A stretch of 64,000 bases of DNA from the human T2T-CHM13v2.0 reference genome, Homo sapiens. A model generated the notes under the pieces. It was not told where the DNA came from, made no database searches, and was given only the letters and a program-made list of their open reading frames with translations. Shown here one piece after another: positions 1 through 13,234 of this stretch. A program made the position numbers and the translations under genes. The stretch is taken from the NCBI RefSeq assembly GCF_009914755.1, contig NC_060928.1. One strand, written 5' to 3'. The stretch's first letter is position 1. Every line of letters starts with the position of its first letter.

Positions 1-123
1 TTTAGTAGAGATGGGGTTTTGCCATCTTGGTCAGGCTGGTCTCAAACTCCTGACCTCAGGTGATCCACCCACCTCGGCCTCCCAAAAAGCTGGTATTACA
101 GGCGTGATCCATCGCGCTTGGCC
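1..123 (-). mobile_element. Alu (AluS-type) left arm, cut by the window edge
   Basis: tttagtagagatgggg...ctcctgacctcaggtgatccacc...gcgcttggcc is the reverse complement of the Alu 5' half. Confidence 0.95.
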
Positions 124-468
124 TCTCCCACTTTCTTAGGGTCTAATTTTATGAGGTAAATCTCTTTCAGAGATAACCCTCCTAGGAAAATGAAAGAAGG
201 AGGAAAGAGATCAAGAAGCAGTGGGTCTAAGAGGAACTGAAAAGTAAAGTTAACTCGCCATTGCCTTCCTCTTCTCTCAGGTATGGGGTACAGAGATCAT
301 GGAAGAAGGAGCCAAATGTGACTTATCTGAGAGCTTGTATGACTATTCCTTCTCACCCTTTAAATGATTAGTAGGCTATAAAGGAGTGTGCATTTTGGAG
401 TAGGCTTTTTTTTTTTTTTTTTTCATTAAAAAAGAGCACAGAGAAGGAAGGATAAGGCTTAATGGGTG

Positions 469-963
469 TGTTACCGAAACACCAGGAGTTTGGTCTAGGT
501 CCTACTGCTGGCTTCACAGAAAGACAATCACTGAGGCAATGAGTATTGCAAAGGAAGAAATCTTTAATCAGGTCCTGTAGCCAAGGAGATGAAAGATCAG
601 TCTCAAATCCATCTCCCTGCCTGACTAAAATTGCGGGTTTAAATAGCAGGGAAGAAATGTAACCATGTGTGGGAAGACAGGAATAAGGGCAGGGTAAGGA
701 AGAGGAGTTGGTCAATAGGAAGCAGATGGTCAGTTAGGCAATCATGACGGGTGAGGGATCTGATGTCTCATTGTCCAAATGCAGTGATCTAATGAGTTTC
801 AGCTCCTTGATACTATCTAGGAGTCCTGATGGTTGGTTTTCTGAGAAAGGAACTCAGATAAGAAAAATTAAGCTTTCTTAAGTTTTAAGACTGGGAGGAT
901 CAATTTCTATGTTTATTCAAAGGAATCATAACCATCAGTTCTATGGGACATGAGTTGGTTTCA
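469..963 (-). mobile_element. ERV1-class solo LTR (subfamily not assigned)
   Basis: TG...CA termini (tgttaccgaaac...ggtttca), ~495 bp; poly(A) signal attaaa and TATA-like tatttaaa on the minus strand; resembles recalled ERV1 LTR consensus. Confidence 0.75.
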
Positions 964-1453
964 GATTTATTATCAAAGAAAGGGCAGATAGGCAGGAAGG
1001 TGGTTTGGTTGGACACATTTGGGCTTTGGGTGGAACTGGTCTTAGGATGTTTCCAGAAGAGATTAGCATTTGAGTCAGTAGGTTTGAGTAAAGAAGATCT
1101 GCCCTCACCAAGGTAGGTGAGCATCAACCAATCTACTGAGGACCTGATAGAGCTAAAGGCAGAGGAAGGGCACATTCTCTCTGTCTCTCTCCCCTTGAGG
1201 GGCCTCTTCCATCTTTTTCTGCCCTCAGACATCAGAACTCCAGGTCTTGGGCCTTTGGCACTGGGACTTACAGCAGCAGGCACCCCAGTTCTCAGACCTC
1301 CTTATACCATCAGGTCCCCTGGTTCTCAGGCCTCTGGTCTCAGACTTAATTGTACCTCTAGCTTCCCTGGTTTTCCAGCTTGCAGATTGTGGGACTTCTC
1401 AGCCTTTGTAGTTGCATGAGCCAATTTCCATAATAAATTTCCTCTTATATCTA

Positions 1454-2162
1454 TAGTCAGCTGAAGAATGACAAGGTTCATAAATAAAAGGACAGCTTTA
1501 TTTTTCACAAAGGATGGCAGCCTGCAGGGTGGTCGTTCTGACAGGCTGGGAAGTATATGCTCCAGCTAGGAGCCAAAAACGGTACTCCGAGGTTGAGAAT
1601 AAGACAGAGATTAATTCTGAGCAGGTTGACAAAAATATGCATATTCAATAAGCTACAGGAAGAGTCACGAATATTTGTGAAAGGAGACATACATGCATGC
1701 ATAACTGAGCTTCCTGATCCTTCATGGGTCCCATGTTCAAACAATGGTGGCATTAGCATGATCCCAGCGTGGAGTTTTCAGCTGTCTGATGTCAAAAGGT
1801 GAAGCAGAGGACATGAAAACCCCCACTGCACATCCTCTGTAGACTGACTAGAAAGTCTCGGTGGTTGTTGGTTTCTTACCAGGAAGAAATGCTGGTCAGC
1901 TGTGTCCAAACCACAGAAGAGAGGAGAAGTGGCAGGAGGTTGGTTGATATCAGTGGTGAAGTCTTTTGAAAGGACCGATTTCTGTTTAGCCTTTGGAGAA
2001 AAACCTAAATGGAAGTGAGGGAGGGAGGGGTATGACGAGATGTATCTGACCTCCCAACATGGCCAATAACTCAGTTTTCAGGGTTACTCTGTGGTGCCCT
2101 TGTCTAAGATGGGATTCATTCAGTTGGTTGGGGGGCTTAGGATTTCATTTTCATTTTTCTCT
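1454..2162 (-). mobile_element. MER4-group ERV1 LTR (MER72-like) nested in MLT2
   Basis: Ends ...ttcagttggttggggggcttaggatttcattttcatttttct, the reverse complement of the TGAGAAA...AAATCCTAAGCCCCCCAACC LTR start. Confidence 0.7.
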
Positions 2163-2189
2163 GTCTATCTATCTATCTGTCTATCTATC

Positions 2190-2236
<47 letters not shown>

Positions 2237-2280
2237 ATCTATCTATCTATATCTATCATCTATCTATCTTTCTAACTATC
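2163..2280. repeat. Compound (TCTA)n/(GATA)n tetranucleotide microsatellite
   Basis: About 29 TCTA-like units with TCTG/TCA interruptions, seen directly. Confidence 0.97.
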
Positions 2281-2619
2281 CTGCTGGTTCTGTTTCTCTG
2301 GAGAACCTTGAGTAATCCAAGGAAGTCTCTGGGACTAACTTCATGGGCTCAGTTGGCCACCCCAAAGATGGTCACATCTTTAAGGTGTATTCCATATTCT
2401 ACCTGTGTTCTTCCAAAGATACTTTGAGATCCTTCAGGAGCTCAGCCTCTTGCAAGAGGGGAACTGGCAACAGATACCATCAGCAGTGTTCATCTGAGCT
2501 ATAACCAGGAATCACCAAAAGTTTGACTATGAGGATAACTGAAAATCTGCAAAGAAACACACAACCTCTATGACTGGGGGACTGGGAGTTTACTGTCTAA
2601 TTGACAGGAAGATGCACTA

Positions 2620-2961
<342 letters not shown>

Positions 2962-3249
2962 GAAAAATGCAACTACTTGGAAGAATTTAGTTATCATCAG
3001 GCTGAAGCATATGAAATAATGTGGTAAAAGCCATCTTGCTTCAATACCATTTTACACTGAAATAACGTAACTAATACTCCAAAAGCATTTGACTCCAGGC
3101 AAAAACGAAGACATCTACTATGCCTCATTACTGGGAAGTATAAATTCGACAGCCTTTTAGAGGACAAGTTGTCAATACAGATCACAAACCTTAAATAACA
3201 TATCTGTAGCCCTTGCCCCGTTCTACAAGAATGGATGCTGTAGAAATAA

Positions 3250-3800
3250 CCAGACATACCCACAAAGATTTATGGCAGTGATGCTCCTTGTAGTGTGATT
3301 TGTAATGCAAAAAAAAGGCAAAAAATATCTAAATGTTCCAATAATGGAGGATTGCTTAAAAAATTATGATGTACCTGTATATTAGAATGTTAGGCAGCCA
3401 TATGTTAAAGAAATTAATATAATTATTATTTCAATAAAAATTGTTTTAAATTATCAAAAATAATTTTATAGGAAAAGATGTTATCAGATGAAATAATGTT
3501 CTTGATACAGTGTTAAGATTTTATAGTAGGTCACAAACAGTATATAAAGTATGAACCCACTTTGGGGAAAATATCCAAACTATATATTCACTCATTTATG
3601 GAGTATCTGAATAGGGAGGATAAAGAATTAAACAAGATAGAGATAAGAAGTCTAATACGATTACAACAAGTTGGAGGAAATATTTAAAATATTAATAGTG
3701 ATTATTCCTGTGCCATGATATTGTTAGTATCTTTAGTTTTTCGTTGTCTTTCTTATATTTTCCAAAATCAAAGTAAAATGAACATGTACTATTTTAAAGT
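3250..3800 (+). mobile_element. Ancient L1M (L1ME/L1MC-type) 3' fragment
   Basis: Degenerate ctaaatgttccaataatgggaggattgcttaaaaaattatg...ttagaatgttaggcagcc motif of L1 3' regions. Confidence 0.55.
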
Positions 3801-3949
3801 CAGAAAACAAAGCTATATATTGTTTTACATTGCATATTCAAGAATTCAAAACACAAGAAAAGCACTAATTTATGGGAAAAGGGTAATAGTGGTTTCTTAA
3901 AAAGCTTAATATGTCTTTAAACTCCTGGATTGTTTATCTATTTAGTTAT

Positions 3950-4052
3950 TTAATGTGACAGAGTTCTCACCATGTTGCCTAGGCTGGTCTCGAACTCCTG
4001 GGCTCAAGCAATCCTCCCACCTCAGCCTTCCAAAGTGCTGGGATTATACCAC
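3950..4052 (-). mobile_element. FLAM / AluJ left-monomer fragment
   Basis: catgttgcctaggctggtctcgaactcctgggctcaagcaatcctcccacctcagcc. Confidence 0.85.
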
Positions 4053-4769
4053 ACCCAGACTCAATACTTCCTAAACTTCTTTGGTTCAGTGGCACACACG
4101 GATTCATCTTCTTTTGGTTCCTCAGTATTTCCAGATACTTTTCCCTCTGCTGGAGTGCTCTTCCAGGAATAGAGAGAGATGGTGTCAGTGGGAGGAGAGA
4201 AGTGGAAGCAAAGGGCCGCTCTGTAGTCCTGATAGCCAGGTTGGAAGGACCCCCTTCAGACCTAGGTTGGAAGAGGGAACTTGAAATCCTAAGTACTCCT
4301 CTCACTCCCATTTCTGTAGTTCATTCCCTCTACCATTTCTTGGGCCCTGTTTCCTCACCTGTAATCAGGGGCTAATAGTCCCTCTCACCCAATAAACTGG
4401 TTGCTCTCTCTAAAATACTTTGGGATCTCTCAGTAAATAGTGATGAAAGAAAGCACCATGGGAAGTGATGATGTAGATACCATTTAGCTTGGGCCTCTGG
4501 GAACTTTGAGAACAGATACACATATAGATGAGTGAGTGAGTGAATGAATGAATGAATGAATATGGAGTTATCTAAAGAATGTCAAGAGCAGTCACCACTA
4601 GAAGAAGAAAATAATGCTGAAAAATATTTTTAGATTCATAAAAACATATTCTTCTTGGTAAGTGGCAGAAATGTATTAAAGCTAAAGCTAAAACAAAGTT
4701 TTCTGAAAGGGCAGTTACTAATAAAAAGATAAGCTCTGTGGGTTCTATCGTTCTTTTATTTTCCCCCTC

Positions 4770-5200
4770 CATTTATTCATCTATTCAACAAATATTCTGG
4801 GGTGGTTTTTCTGAGCCCGACACTGTGCTGGAGCACTGTTTCAAGAGTACAGGAGGCTGAAGTGGCCAGGTTGAGAAGGACTCAGCCATGCAAAGAACTA
4901 GAGAGGGAGCACTCCAGGCCAAGGAAACAACAAGGGCAAAGGCACTGAGGTGGAGACAGGAAGGAGGCTGGTGTGGACGGAGCATTGGTGGAAGGTGCAC
5001 TGGGCCTCGTCACTTGGGGCCTTGTGAACTAGGGTTCGGGTGGGCTGTTGAGGGACAAAAGAGTCCCTCAGTGGGATGGGTCTGATTTATGCTACTCTTG
5101 GGAGAATGGAGGAGGTGTAGAGTGAGCAAGAGCAGAAGCAGAGAGACCTGAGAGGAGGCTTCTGCCACAGCCTTGGCTAGATGACGGGGGCATGAGGTGA
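4770..5200 (-). mobile_element. L2 fragment
   Basis: atttattcatctattcaacaaatatt 3' end and gagcactccaggccaaggaaacaacaagggcaaaggcactgagg body. Confidence 0.7.
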
Positions 5201-5846
5201 AAGTGAGTTAGCCAGAAGACTTGGGGTAAAAGCAGTGGGAAGGCTTCTGGATAGAGGGAATAATCTGTGCAAATAAGAAGAATGCACAGACAAAAGCAAT
5301 TACAAGGGTTGTAATAAATCCTTGAGAACTCTGGTGAGGATTACAATAAAAGATTTAAATGGTAAATGTACCGAGGATTACATTGAATGCTGTAGGAGAA
5401 AGTGGCTCCTGGCAGACACTCAGTCTTAACTTCCTATCCTTTTGTTCCTTCATGATCCCTATCCTGAGTACACACTTCCAAAGTACATTCCCTAAGTATT
5501 TAGTGTTAAAAATAACTAGCCATTGATCCACTTTAGATTACATCTCTACTTCATAACACTTTGAATAAGGATATAAAGGAACGTAGATAAATACTGGAGA
5601 AGAATTAATGGCATTGCCCACTTCCTTAGAAACTGGAGATAAAAAGTTGGCTGGATCACCCATAAAATCAGCATTTAAAAATTCAATAAAGAAAATAAAT
5701 GTCAGTTAAATCTCTGTTAGATGAAATTCTATTGAATTTCAAGCTCCTTGAAAGTATTAGAGAAAATTGAATGCCAGGACTACAAAGATAATTCCACCCA
5801 GTTAAGATTGTGCATTGCATGGGTGGCAGGGATGACTCTGAAATTC

Positions 5847-6180
5847 AGCTGATCAATCTCTTACCTAAAACCCTGGGCCAGGTGTGTTTCAAAATCAGAA
5901 TTTTTCAGATATTAGAAAGGTAACATGGTGAATATGCTGTATATTATATACCACCTCTGGTCTTGGTGTTGTGTGTGGGGCAGCACTTAGAAATCAAACA
6001 CATTATTATTTCTTTAGAGAAATATAACACTGTTCACACCAAGTGACGCAATTAGAACCCATAAAGCATTTCAGTTCAGTTTAGGGGAGGTTTTCCTACC
6101 AGATGAGTTTATGTCCAAAATAGCTTTTCTTGTTCAGATGTTGAAGACGTTCAAATTGTTTTTAAGGGGTTAGGAATCTA
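5847..6180 (+). mobile_element. MER96B-like hAT DNA transposon relic
   Basis: aatctcttacctaaaaccctgggccaggtgtgtttc...agaatttttcagatattagaaaggtaa matches the recalled MER96B consensus. Confidence 0.7.
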
Positions 6181-7291
6181 ATGTGTTTTCTCTGGAATTT
6201 CTGCACCCCTGAGACCATCCCCACTCCTGTACAAGGCCCATAGGTGCTGGGGAGAGACTGGATTATGGTGGGCTCAGACTCAGTATCTTACTCAACCCAG
6301 AACCTCTGACCCCTGGACCCTGCTGCTGAACTCAGCCCAAGCACTGGAGTCTTCCTTAACTCATGGTGCCCTGGACTTGCTCCCTGAAATCAAGCCTTGA
6401 CTCTGACCTGCCCCTAACCCTGTCTACCACTCATGTCTGAATTTCAGTTAGACATGGTGCAAGTGTCCTTCCTTGGGACTCCCAACATTCAGGTAAGTCT
6501 TCTGTGACAGCTATGTGATTTTTTTCTTGTTTGCACAGAAAACCTCTAAGGTAGGGTAGAAAGTAGCTTACAGCATCAGCTTGCATTTTCTAATCACAGC
6601 TCCAGAGCTTCCAAGACAATTTTATATGTACATTTCAGGGTGAGAGAATTTTTTCAGCCTATACTCAGATGTGCAGAAAACAAAACAAAACAAAATGTGT
6701 AGCTTATTTATTAGTTGATGACTTGATCTGAGTTTCCCCACAAGCTCCCTATCCTGCTGGGTGGAAATGGGGGTTAAATAAATTTAGCCCAATTTGACCA
6801 ACTCTTCTTATATTCTGGGCATTTTGTTTAGATAACAGGGCCCCCTGTGGATCTATACCCAGTTTTTCAAATATCTGCCCCAGGGAGCTCTCATCCCTAA
6901 GATAGCAATCAGGGTGTGAGGGAAGGTTACTGTGAGCTTCAGGCAGTGTAGTGATGGGTCCTCAGAGCTGTGCTTGTGGTGTCCCTTGTCAGCCTTGCTG
7001 CTGCCCACCCAGCTTGGCTTTGTAGTAGACATTGGCAGCTGGTATAACCTGGGTTCTGGTGTCTCTGAGCTTGATCATGAACAATGGTATACTTCGGCTG
7101 TGCTGGTCTCATTCCATCTCTCACTGATTCTATAGACCTTTCTGGATCTAGGTGATTCACATTTTGCCTCTGCTGTGAAAGTCACTTCACCCCTACTTAT
7201 GGTGCCTGAGGGCAAATCCATGGCTGTCAAACCCATGGCTGCTTTCAAAGAGCCTTTTATGTGCACACAGGGCCCCATCTATGACACTAGG

Positions 7292-7760
7292 TGTGGAGGA
7301 GATTGCTGGTGGGCAACTAAAACCTGTTCTCCCTTTGTTCTACAATAGAATTGCTATTGTTGGGCAAATATGGCTCCCCAGTGATATTGAATTTCCCCAC
7401 ATTCTTTGTGGTTAGGTTTGGTCATATGACCAAGTTCTAGCCAATAAAATATGAGAAGAGTTCATGTCTGCCACTTTTGGGCCAGAGTCTCATGATATTG
7501 AGTGTACTTCCTCCAGCCTCTCTTTTCCCTTACTACCAAATGGAACCCAGATATAGTAGTCCCGTATAGTTGATGACAAAGGCCCTTGGACTTGTAGCAC
7601 AGCAACTACTAGGAAAAGAATCTGAGTCCCTGAATGAAGAAGAGCTGACCACCAGCCTGGAAAATCACCTCAGATTATTTTAGGAGAGAACTTCTTTGTT
7701 CTTCAAACTACTATGGTTACAGCAGTGGTTTTCTAATAGCAGCTACAAAGAACTAATTGC
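7292..7760 (+). mobile_element. MLT1 (MLT1I/J-type) MaLR LTR
   Basis: ggttaggtttggtcatatgaccaagttctagccaataaaatatgag MLT1 core; ends ...tagcagctacaaagaactaa. Confidence 0.65.
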
Positions 7761-8319
7761 AATCAGGGAAATCCACACCTGCCTTAAGCTAAGTAACCCA
7801 GATGCATCGCTTGGGCAGAAGTCCTCCATCCTTGGGTTCCTTTCATCCTATCTGACATATGCCTCTGTCTTAGGGCAGGAAGGGTGAGCTCTGCCCATCC
7901 TTATCTTGCCTCTTTCTCTCTCCATAATTTATGTATACGTGAATGTGAGAATTTTGGACTTTTTCTCCCCTATCCTATATCTCCCCCCTTCTCTCAGTAG
8001 CAAGCCTGATAGTTATCATAGGAAAAAGGAATAGCTTCTCTGTCTTTATGGAAAGAACTCTATGTGAGTTTTTTAGGCTTGTTCTTGATAGCTAAAAGAA
8101 TTTAGAAAATCCTCCCTCTCTGGACAGAACCTAGCTTTCAGGCTTACTGTCTGAAAAAGCCTATTTTGATTCATGAACATGGAAACAAAAGAGAAATGCT
8201 CATTTATAGTTTTTGAAGAATTACCTCTCATTACATAGACCAAAAAAAAAAAAAAAAAGATTTACGTCAAGATGTTTGCAGTGGTTATAACTATATGATA
8301 AAATTATGCAATTTTTTTC

Positions 8320-8602
8320 AGCCTGGTATAGTGGCTTATGCCTGTAATCCCAGCACTTTGGGAGGCAGAAGTGGGCAGATCACTTAAGGTCAGGAAATCG
8401 AGACCAGGCTGACCAACATGGTGAAACTCTGTCTCTACTAAAAATGCAAAAAAAAATAGCTGGGCATTGTGGCACATACTTGTAGTCCTAGCTACCCAGG
8501 AGGCTGAGGCAGGAGAATTGCTGGAACCCAGGAAGTGGAGGTTGTGATGACCCGAGATCATGCCACTGCACTCCGGCCTGGGTAAAAAAATAAATAAATA
8601 AA
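8320..8602 (+). mobile_element. AluS, lacking ~20 nt before the tail
   Basis: Dimeric Alu whose gcctgggt runs straight into the A-tail; flanks atgcaatttt / atgtgatttt are compatible with a CpG-decayed TSD. Confidence 0.92.
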
Positions 8603-10572
8603 TTTTTTTAAAAATGTGATTTTTAAAAAATTCTTCTTGTTTTGACTGTGTTTTCTGACTTTTCTACAATGAACATGTACCACTTGACTAAAATTAAAAA
8701 TAAAAACAATAAAAGTTATTTTTAAAATATGTCTGTAGCACTATCAGTTGGGAGTTACTGATCTGTAGCAGGTAAGAACTCGAGGCAAATTACAGTCTCT
8801 GTGGGAGCTGATTTAAACTTGTCAGAGCAGTTAAATTAATTAGGTCTTAACTGACATTTAACAGCAAGGGTGGCAGACCTGATATCACACAGCAAGGACT
8901 TAGAAAATTAGGGATAATGACATGCAGATTGTATTTCTGCAAAGCATGCTCAATTCAAAGTGCATCAAGTAGTGTTCGTAAAAAATGCCTCTGTATTTTA
9001 GGTTATTCTTTTCCACGAGAGTTGCATGGGTGGAAATATCTAAGATGAAACACAAGCCTATTTTTGTTGGTACTTCTCCTTTGTATATTTTTGACAAGGG
9101 AAGTATTTCAGGCTTTGCTGGAGCTCATTCACATATGGATCATTGTTAATAAATCCTGCAGAACTTTCCCCCTGTAACAAAGAGGGATAAAGAGCTCTCT
9201 TCTTTGGTAGGTAATTGTTCTTGAAAAAAAAAATAATAAGTTACAAGAGTTAGATTTGTAATGTCCAGGAGAAAAGACGAACTTCAGAGTTTCCAGGGAA
9301 GTGTGAAACAAACTTCCAGGCTAGAAGGCAAGAGAGAGGCTTAGTTGCCATCACAGCTGTTCACTTGGCCTGGCCTGGGACAAAGCTGGGTGAAGGGAGG
9401 AAGTGAGAGCAGACGAAGGAAAGGAACCACAGCACGCCTTGAAGAATCAAGAACAGTGCAGCTGACCGTCCCAAGCAAGAAACTTAAACCCCAGCCTTCA
9501 GGAAAAGAAAAAGGTTAGCAGGAAATCCTAGACTCTATTTTTGCTTCATATTTCCTTTGCATATATGAGGCAAACAGAAAGAGCCCCCATCTCCAGAGTA
9601 AAGAAACTAGCCAAGAAGTTTTCATTTTTCACTTGGAAACCTCCACAGCCATGTCAGACACTGAATCAAAATATAACAGAGTGGGTTTGCCAAACACTTC
9701 TAGGGCAAAGGTTTCTTTCTGCAGCTCTACCAATCCCAGACTATTACCTGTCTACGGCCTCCTAGGCTGGGCCTTAATCACTTCCAGCTGTGCTGGCTCC
9801 TGTAGTCCCTTTAGCCCCTCCCCGTCTGGCCTCCCTGCACTCTGCCTCTCATGTAGGAAAAATTAAGTATTGCACTTAAATCCCCCCTTAGGACTTAGGG
9901 GTCCTGAGCAGGAGCCTCACCACAGTATCCATCTCCAGCCACAGATGACAGGGCTGTCTTGCCTCATGTAGGGGTGTCTCCTTTCTGCCCCGAAGCTGAG
10001 CTCTTCTCCTGGCTCCCTACTAATCGGTTACAGCTATGCACACAAAGTAAAGGAGGTAGAGCACAGCTCCACTGGAGAGAACCTCTGCCCTCAAAATCCC
10101 ATCCTGGTACCCACATACCCGAAATTCATAGCCAGTGATGTCCTGATGGCACCAGCTGCAGGGATTGGTTCCTTAGGACTAAATTTGTTCCCTAGGGCTC
10201 AACCGTCTCCAGGCAGTCATCTTCTGAAATATACATCTTTCTGCCTGGATGGTATCTGCATTATATCAGTTTAAGCCTTGGTGATTTGCAGGGACTGAAA
10301 ATCTGTGGCTAGAATTAGAATGGAAAGTGCCTGACACCGGGCAGCCATTACCCTATCTCTTACATGTCATTAATCAATTATGGGGCAAATTATCCTGATA
10401 ACTAAGACTGAGGCTTCATTATCTTCAACACCTCATGTCAGGTAGCCACTAAACTCTGAAAAGAATCGGGAAATTCGGTGAACTCTCTTTGCCATCTTTG
10501 GGCTAAGTCCTAGGCTGCATCTTGGGTTTAGTGGGCAATGAATCTGGGCCAGTGGGCAGTGATTGCCTATAT

Positions 10573-10757
10573 CAGTGTTTCCTAAACTTGACCTTACATC
10601 AGATTCATCTAGAGGGCTTTTTAAAACACAGAATTCTGGACCCCACCCCCAGAGTTTCTGACTCAGTAAGTCTCAGATGAGGGCCTAGAATTTACATTTC
10701 TACCTTGTTACCCAATAATGCTGCTCCAGGCCTGGGGACCACATTCGAGAACCATTG
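10573..10757. mobile_element. MER5A (hAT-Charlie MITE)
   Basis: cagtgtttcctaaactt...accacattcgagaaccattg termini and ccccacccccagagtttctgactcagt core. Confidence 0.85.
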
Positions 10758-11085
10758 TTTTACATCACAGCAAGGAACTTGAACTTTACTCATCAGGCAA
10801 TGTAGGATCCTTGGAGGGTTTTAATGTAGGTGGGAGGGGGTCATGGGATCAAGTTTACAATTCTGAAAGCTCAGGTGGCCGCAATATGGAGTATTGACTT
10901 GCAGGGACTGCAGCTGGGAGAGGACGGCTAACCAGAGGCTATTGGCAGAATCCAGATAATTTTCACTATGAGGTGTTTCATATAATGTTACAGTGTGAGA
11001 TCCTGGCAACAAAATTGCAGTGATTAGCCTCCAGGAGCCTGAGAAAGGTAGAAAGTTGAGAGAGATGATTTAGAAGAAAGATGAA

Positions 11086-11417
11086 GGCTGGGCATGGAGG
11101 CTCACGCCTGTAATCCCAGCACTTTGGGAGGCTGAGGCAGGCAAATCACTTGAGGTCAGGAGTTCAAGAACAGCCTGGCCAACATGGTGAAACCCTGTCT
11201 CTACTAAAAATACAAAGATTAGCCAAGCGTGGTGGTACACACCTGTAATCCCAGCTACTCAGGAAGCTGAAGCAGGAGAATTGCTTGAACCCAGGAGGCG
11301 GAAGTTGCAGTGAGTCAAGATTGTGCCACTGCACTCAAGCCTAGGAGACAGAGCAAGACTCTTTCAAAAAAAAAAAAAAAAAAAAGAAAGAAAGAAAGAA
11401 AAGAAAAAAAGAAAAAA
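11086..11417 (+). mobile_element. AluS (Sx/Sz) with A/(GAAA)n tail
   Basis: Full dimeric Alu. Confidence 0.95.
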
Positions 11418-12893
11418 CTCTCTAAAATATAGATATAGGAGGCCTGAAAGATAAATGTCGGCCATTTCACAGTTTTGCCAAGGGCCAATCTGGTTCCCAG
11501 TGGGCACAAGAGACTGGGACCTTGCAGAGAGGTCAGAAGTCACACTCACCAGGCGGACCTCCTAAATAGGTACTGGCTCTCTCCCTTCATTCCTCCCTCT
11601 CTTTCCTGTGGAGTAATATTATTAGGGTGAATGGTGTGTAGAGAACAGATCATGATAATTACTAGGAGACAAGCAGTTTCCCAGCTTCATTTTTCAAAGT
11701 CTCAAAAACACAGACTTGGAGTGCAGGCTTTCCTGGTTCAGTTCAATAATGTTTGGCTAAGCCTGGTCCTTCTGGCTGAGTGTCTGAGGTATAATTTTGG
11801 AAGGACATTAAAAATAATCTATACTCTACCAATAGTGCTTTTCTAAGGAGGATAGGCCTATGGTTATTAGCATACACATGATAAAAGAGAATTCAGAATT
11901 TTACTATACATTCCAGATATGTAAGTGAAGCTACTGTAAGGTTTGGACAAATCATCATAATACCCACAAATGGCATCATGGAAGACCCTGCTTGTCAACT
12001 TTCAGTGGATTCATGTGGCTTCCAACATCCCTTGACTCAGCTACAGGCTACAAAATTGGTTAGATTGGCCTACTCTGAATCTGCTTTGCTTGTTTTCATC
12101 TTTGCTTCTGCCCAGAAAATTCTTCAGCTGTGAGATTCCTGTCTCTTTCCTCTCTAAGTTCTGACCTAACCTTAAGGTCTCTCTCAAATTTACCTTCCTT
12201 CATCACTTTTCTTCAAACACACCAACCCATTATCATCCCTCTCCACTCTGAAACCTTATGGCACTTACAGGCTAAGCTTATCCTTTGGTCCTTGGATATT
12301 AGTTCCCTTCTTAGGAGTAAAAGTCTTGGCTTCCCAGACTGATAGTAAATTCTTTGGAGCCTGGAGTAGTTGAGTCCCATCTGTCTAAAAATGAGCCATT
12401 ATACTCACATTATACTCTCATGGGTGACATGGGGAATGTGTTGGCTCAGTTCCTAAATCCTTGGGCAATGAGGCCTGCAGTTGGGCCTCAGGCACAGCTA
12501 GAAGCAGGGACATAAACACTGCCAGCTCATGATCTCTTCCTCTCCAGCTCTTGTTTCTGAAACCTGTTCTGTTCTCTTAAACTGTATCCTCAGCAGTGGT
12601 GGGAATTTGGCCATTGGCAGCTCTCTGACTCACATTTGACAGTCAAGCCACCAGAGAGGGCATGGCTCCCTTCCCTGTTTACAAGTTCAAAAAAATCAGA
12701 TTGGCCTGGCTTTGGGACATTCCTAGCCTTGGATCAATTAATGAATGATGGCCAGTGGGGAGGCGGAGAGTCCATTTCATGCCCCATTCTCCTTTCCAAA
12801 GAAGCCCAATTTTGTTATCCTCCCTTTGGTGTATGGTTTCAAGGGGACCAGCTTCCGGTGTAGCCTCGAGGGTGGGTCTGAAAAGTCCAAGCT

Positions 12894-13190
12894 GAGGGTC
12901 AGCAAACTTTTTCTGGAAAGCACCAAATAGCCAATATTTAGGCTTTGCAGGCCATATCTCTATTGAAACTGCTCAACTCTGCCATTGCAGTCTGAAAGAA
13001 GCTATAGACAATATGTAAATAAATGACAGTGTGGTTGTGTTCCAATAATATGTTATTTACTTATGGACACTGAAATTTGAATTTCATATAATTTTCAAAT
13101 ACAGTGAACTATTCTTCTTTTGATTTTTTTTAACCATTTAAAAATGTAAAAACTATTCTGATCTCTGGTTTAAGCTCATCCCCTGCCAAT
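12894..13190 (+). mobile_element. MER58B (hAT-Charlie)
   Basis: agggtcagcaaactttttctg...ctcaactctgccattgcag...ggacactgaaatttgaatttcatataattttc. Confidence 0.8.
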
Positions 13191-13234
13191 GTCTTGGATT
13201 GGACCAGAACATGTGATACAACTAGGGTTAGTAG

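Larger units (their letters stand above)
1035..2319 (+). mobile_element. MLT2 (ERVL) LTR, split by an ERV1 LTR and a (TCTA)n expansion
   Basis: gatgtttccagaagagattagcatttgagtcagt...gagccaatttccataataaat (to ~1453); the 3' terminus ggttctgtttctctggagaaccttgagtaatcca resumes at ~2281-2319. Confidence 0.8.

Noticed and set aside
2059-2427. 122-aa hydrophobic ORF with SIYL repeats
   Set aside because: It is a translation of the (TCTA)n microsatellite and LTR sequence.
9541-9573. Hairpin ttgcttcatat...atatgaggcaa
   Set aside because: An 11-bp imperfect stem is expected by chance in 64 kb.
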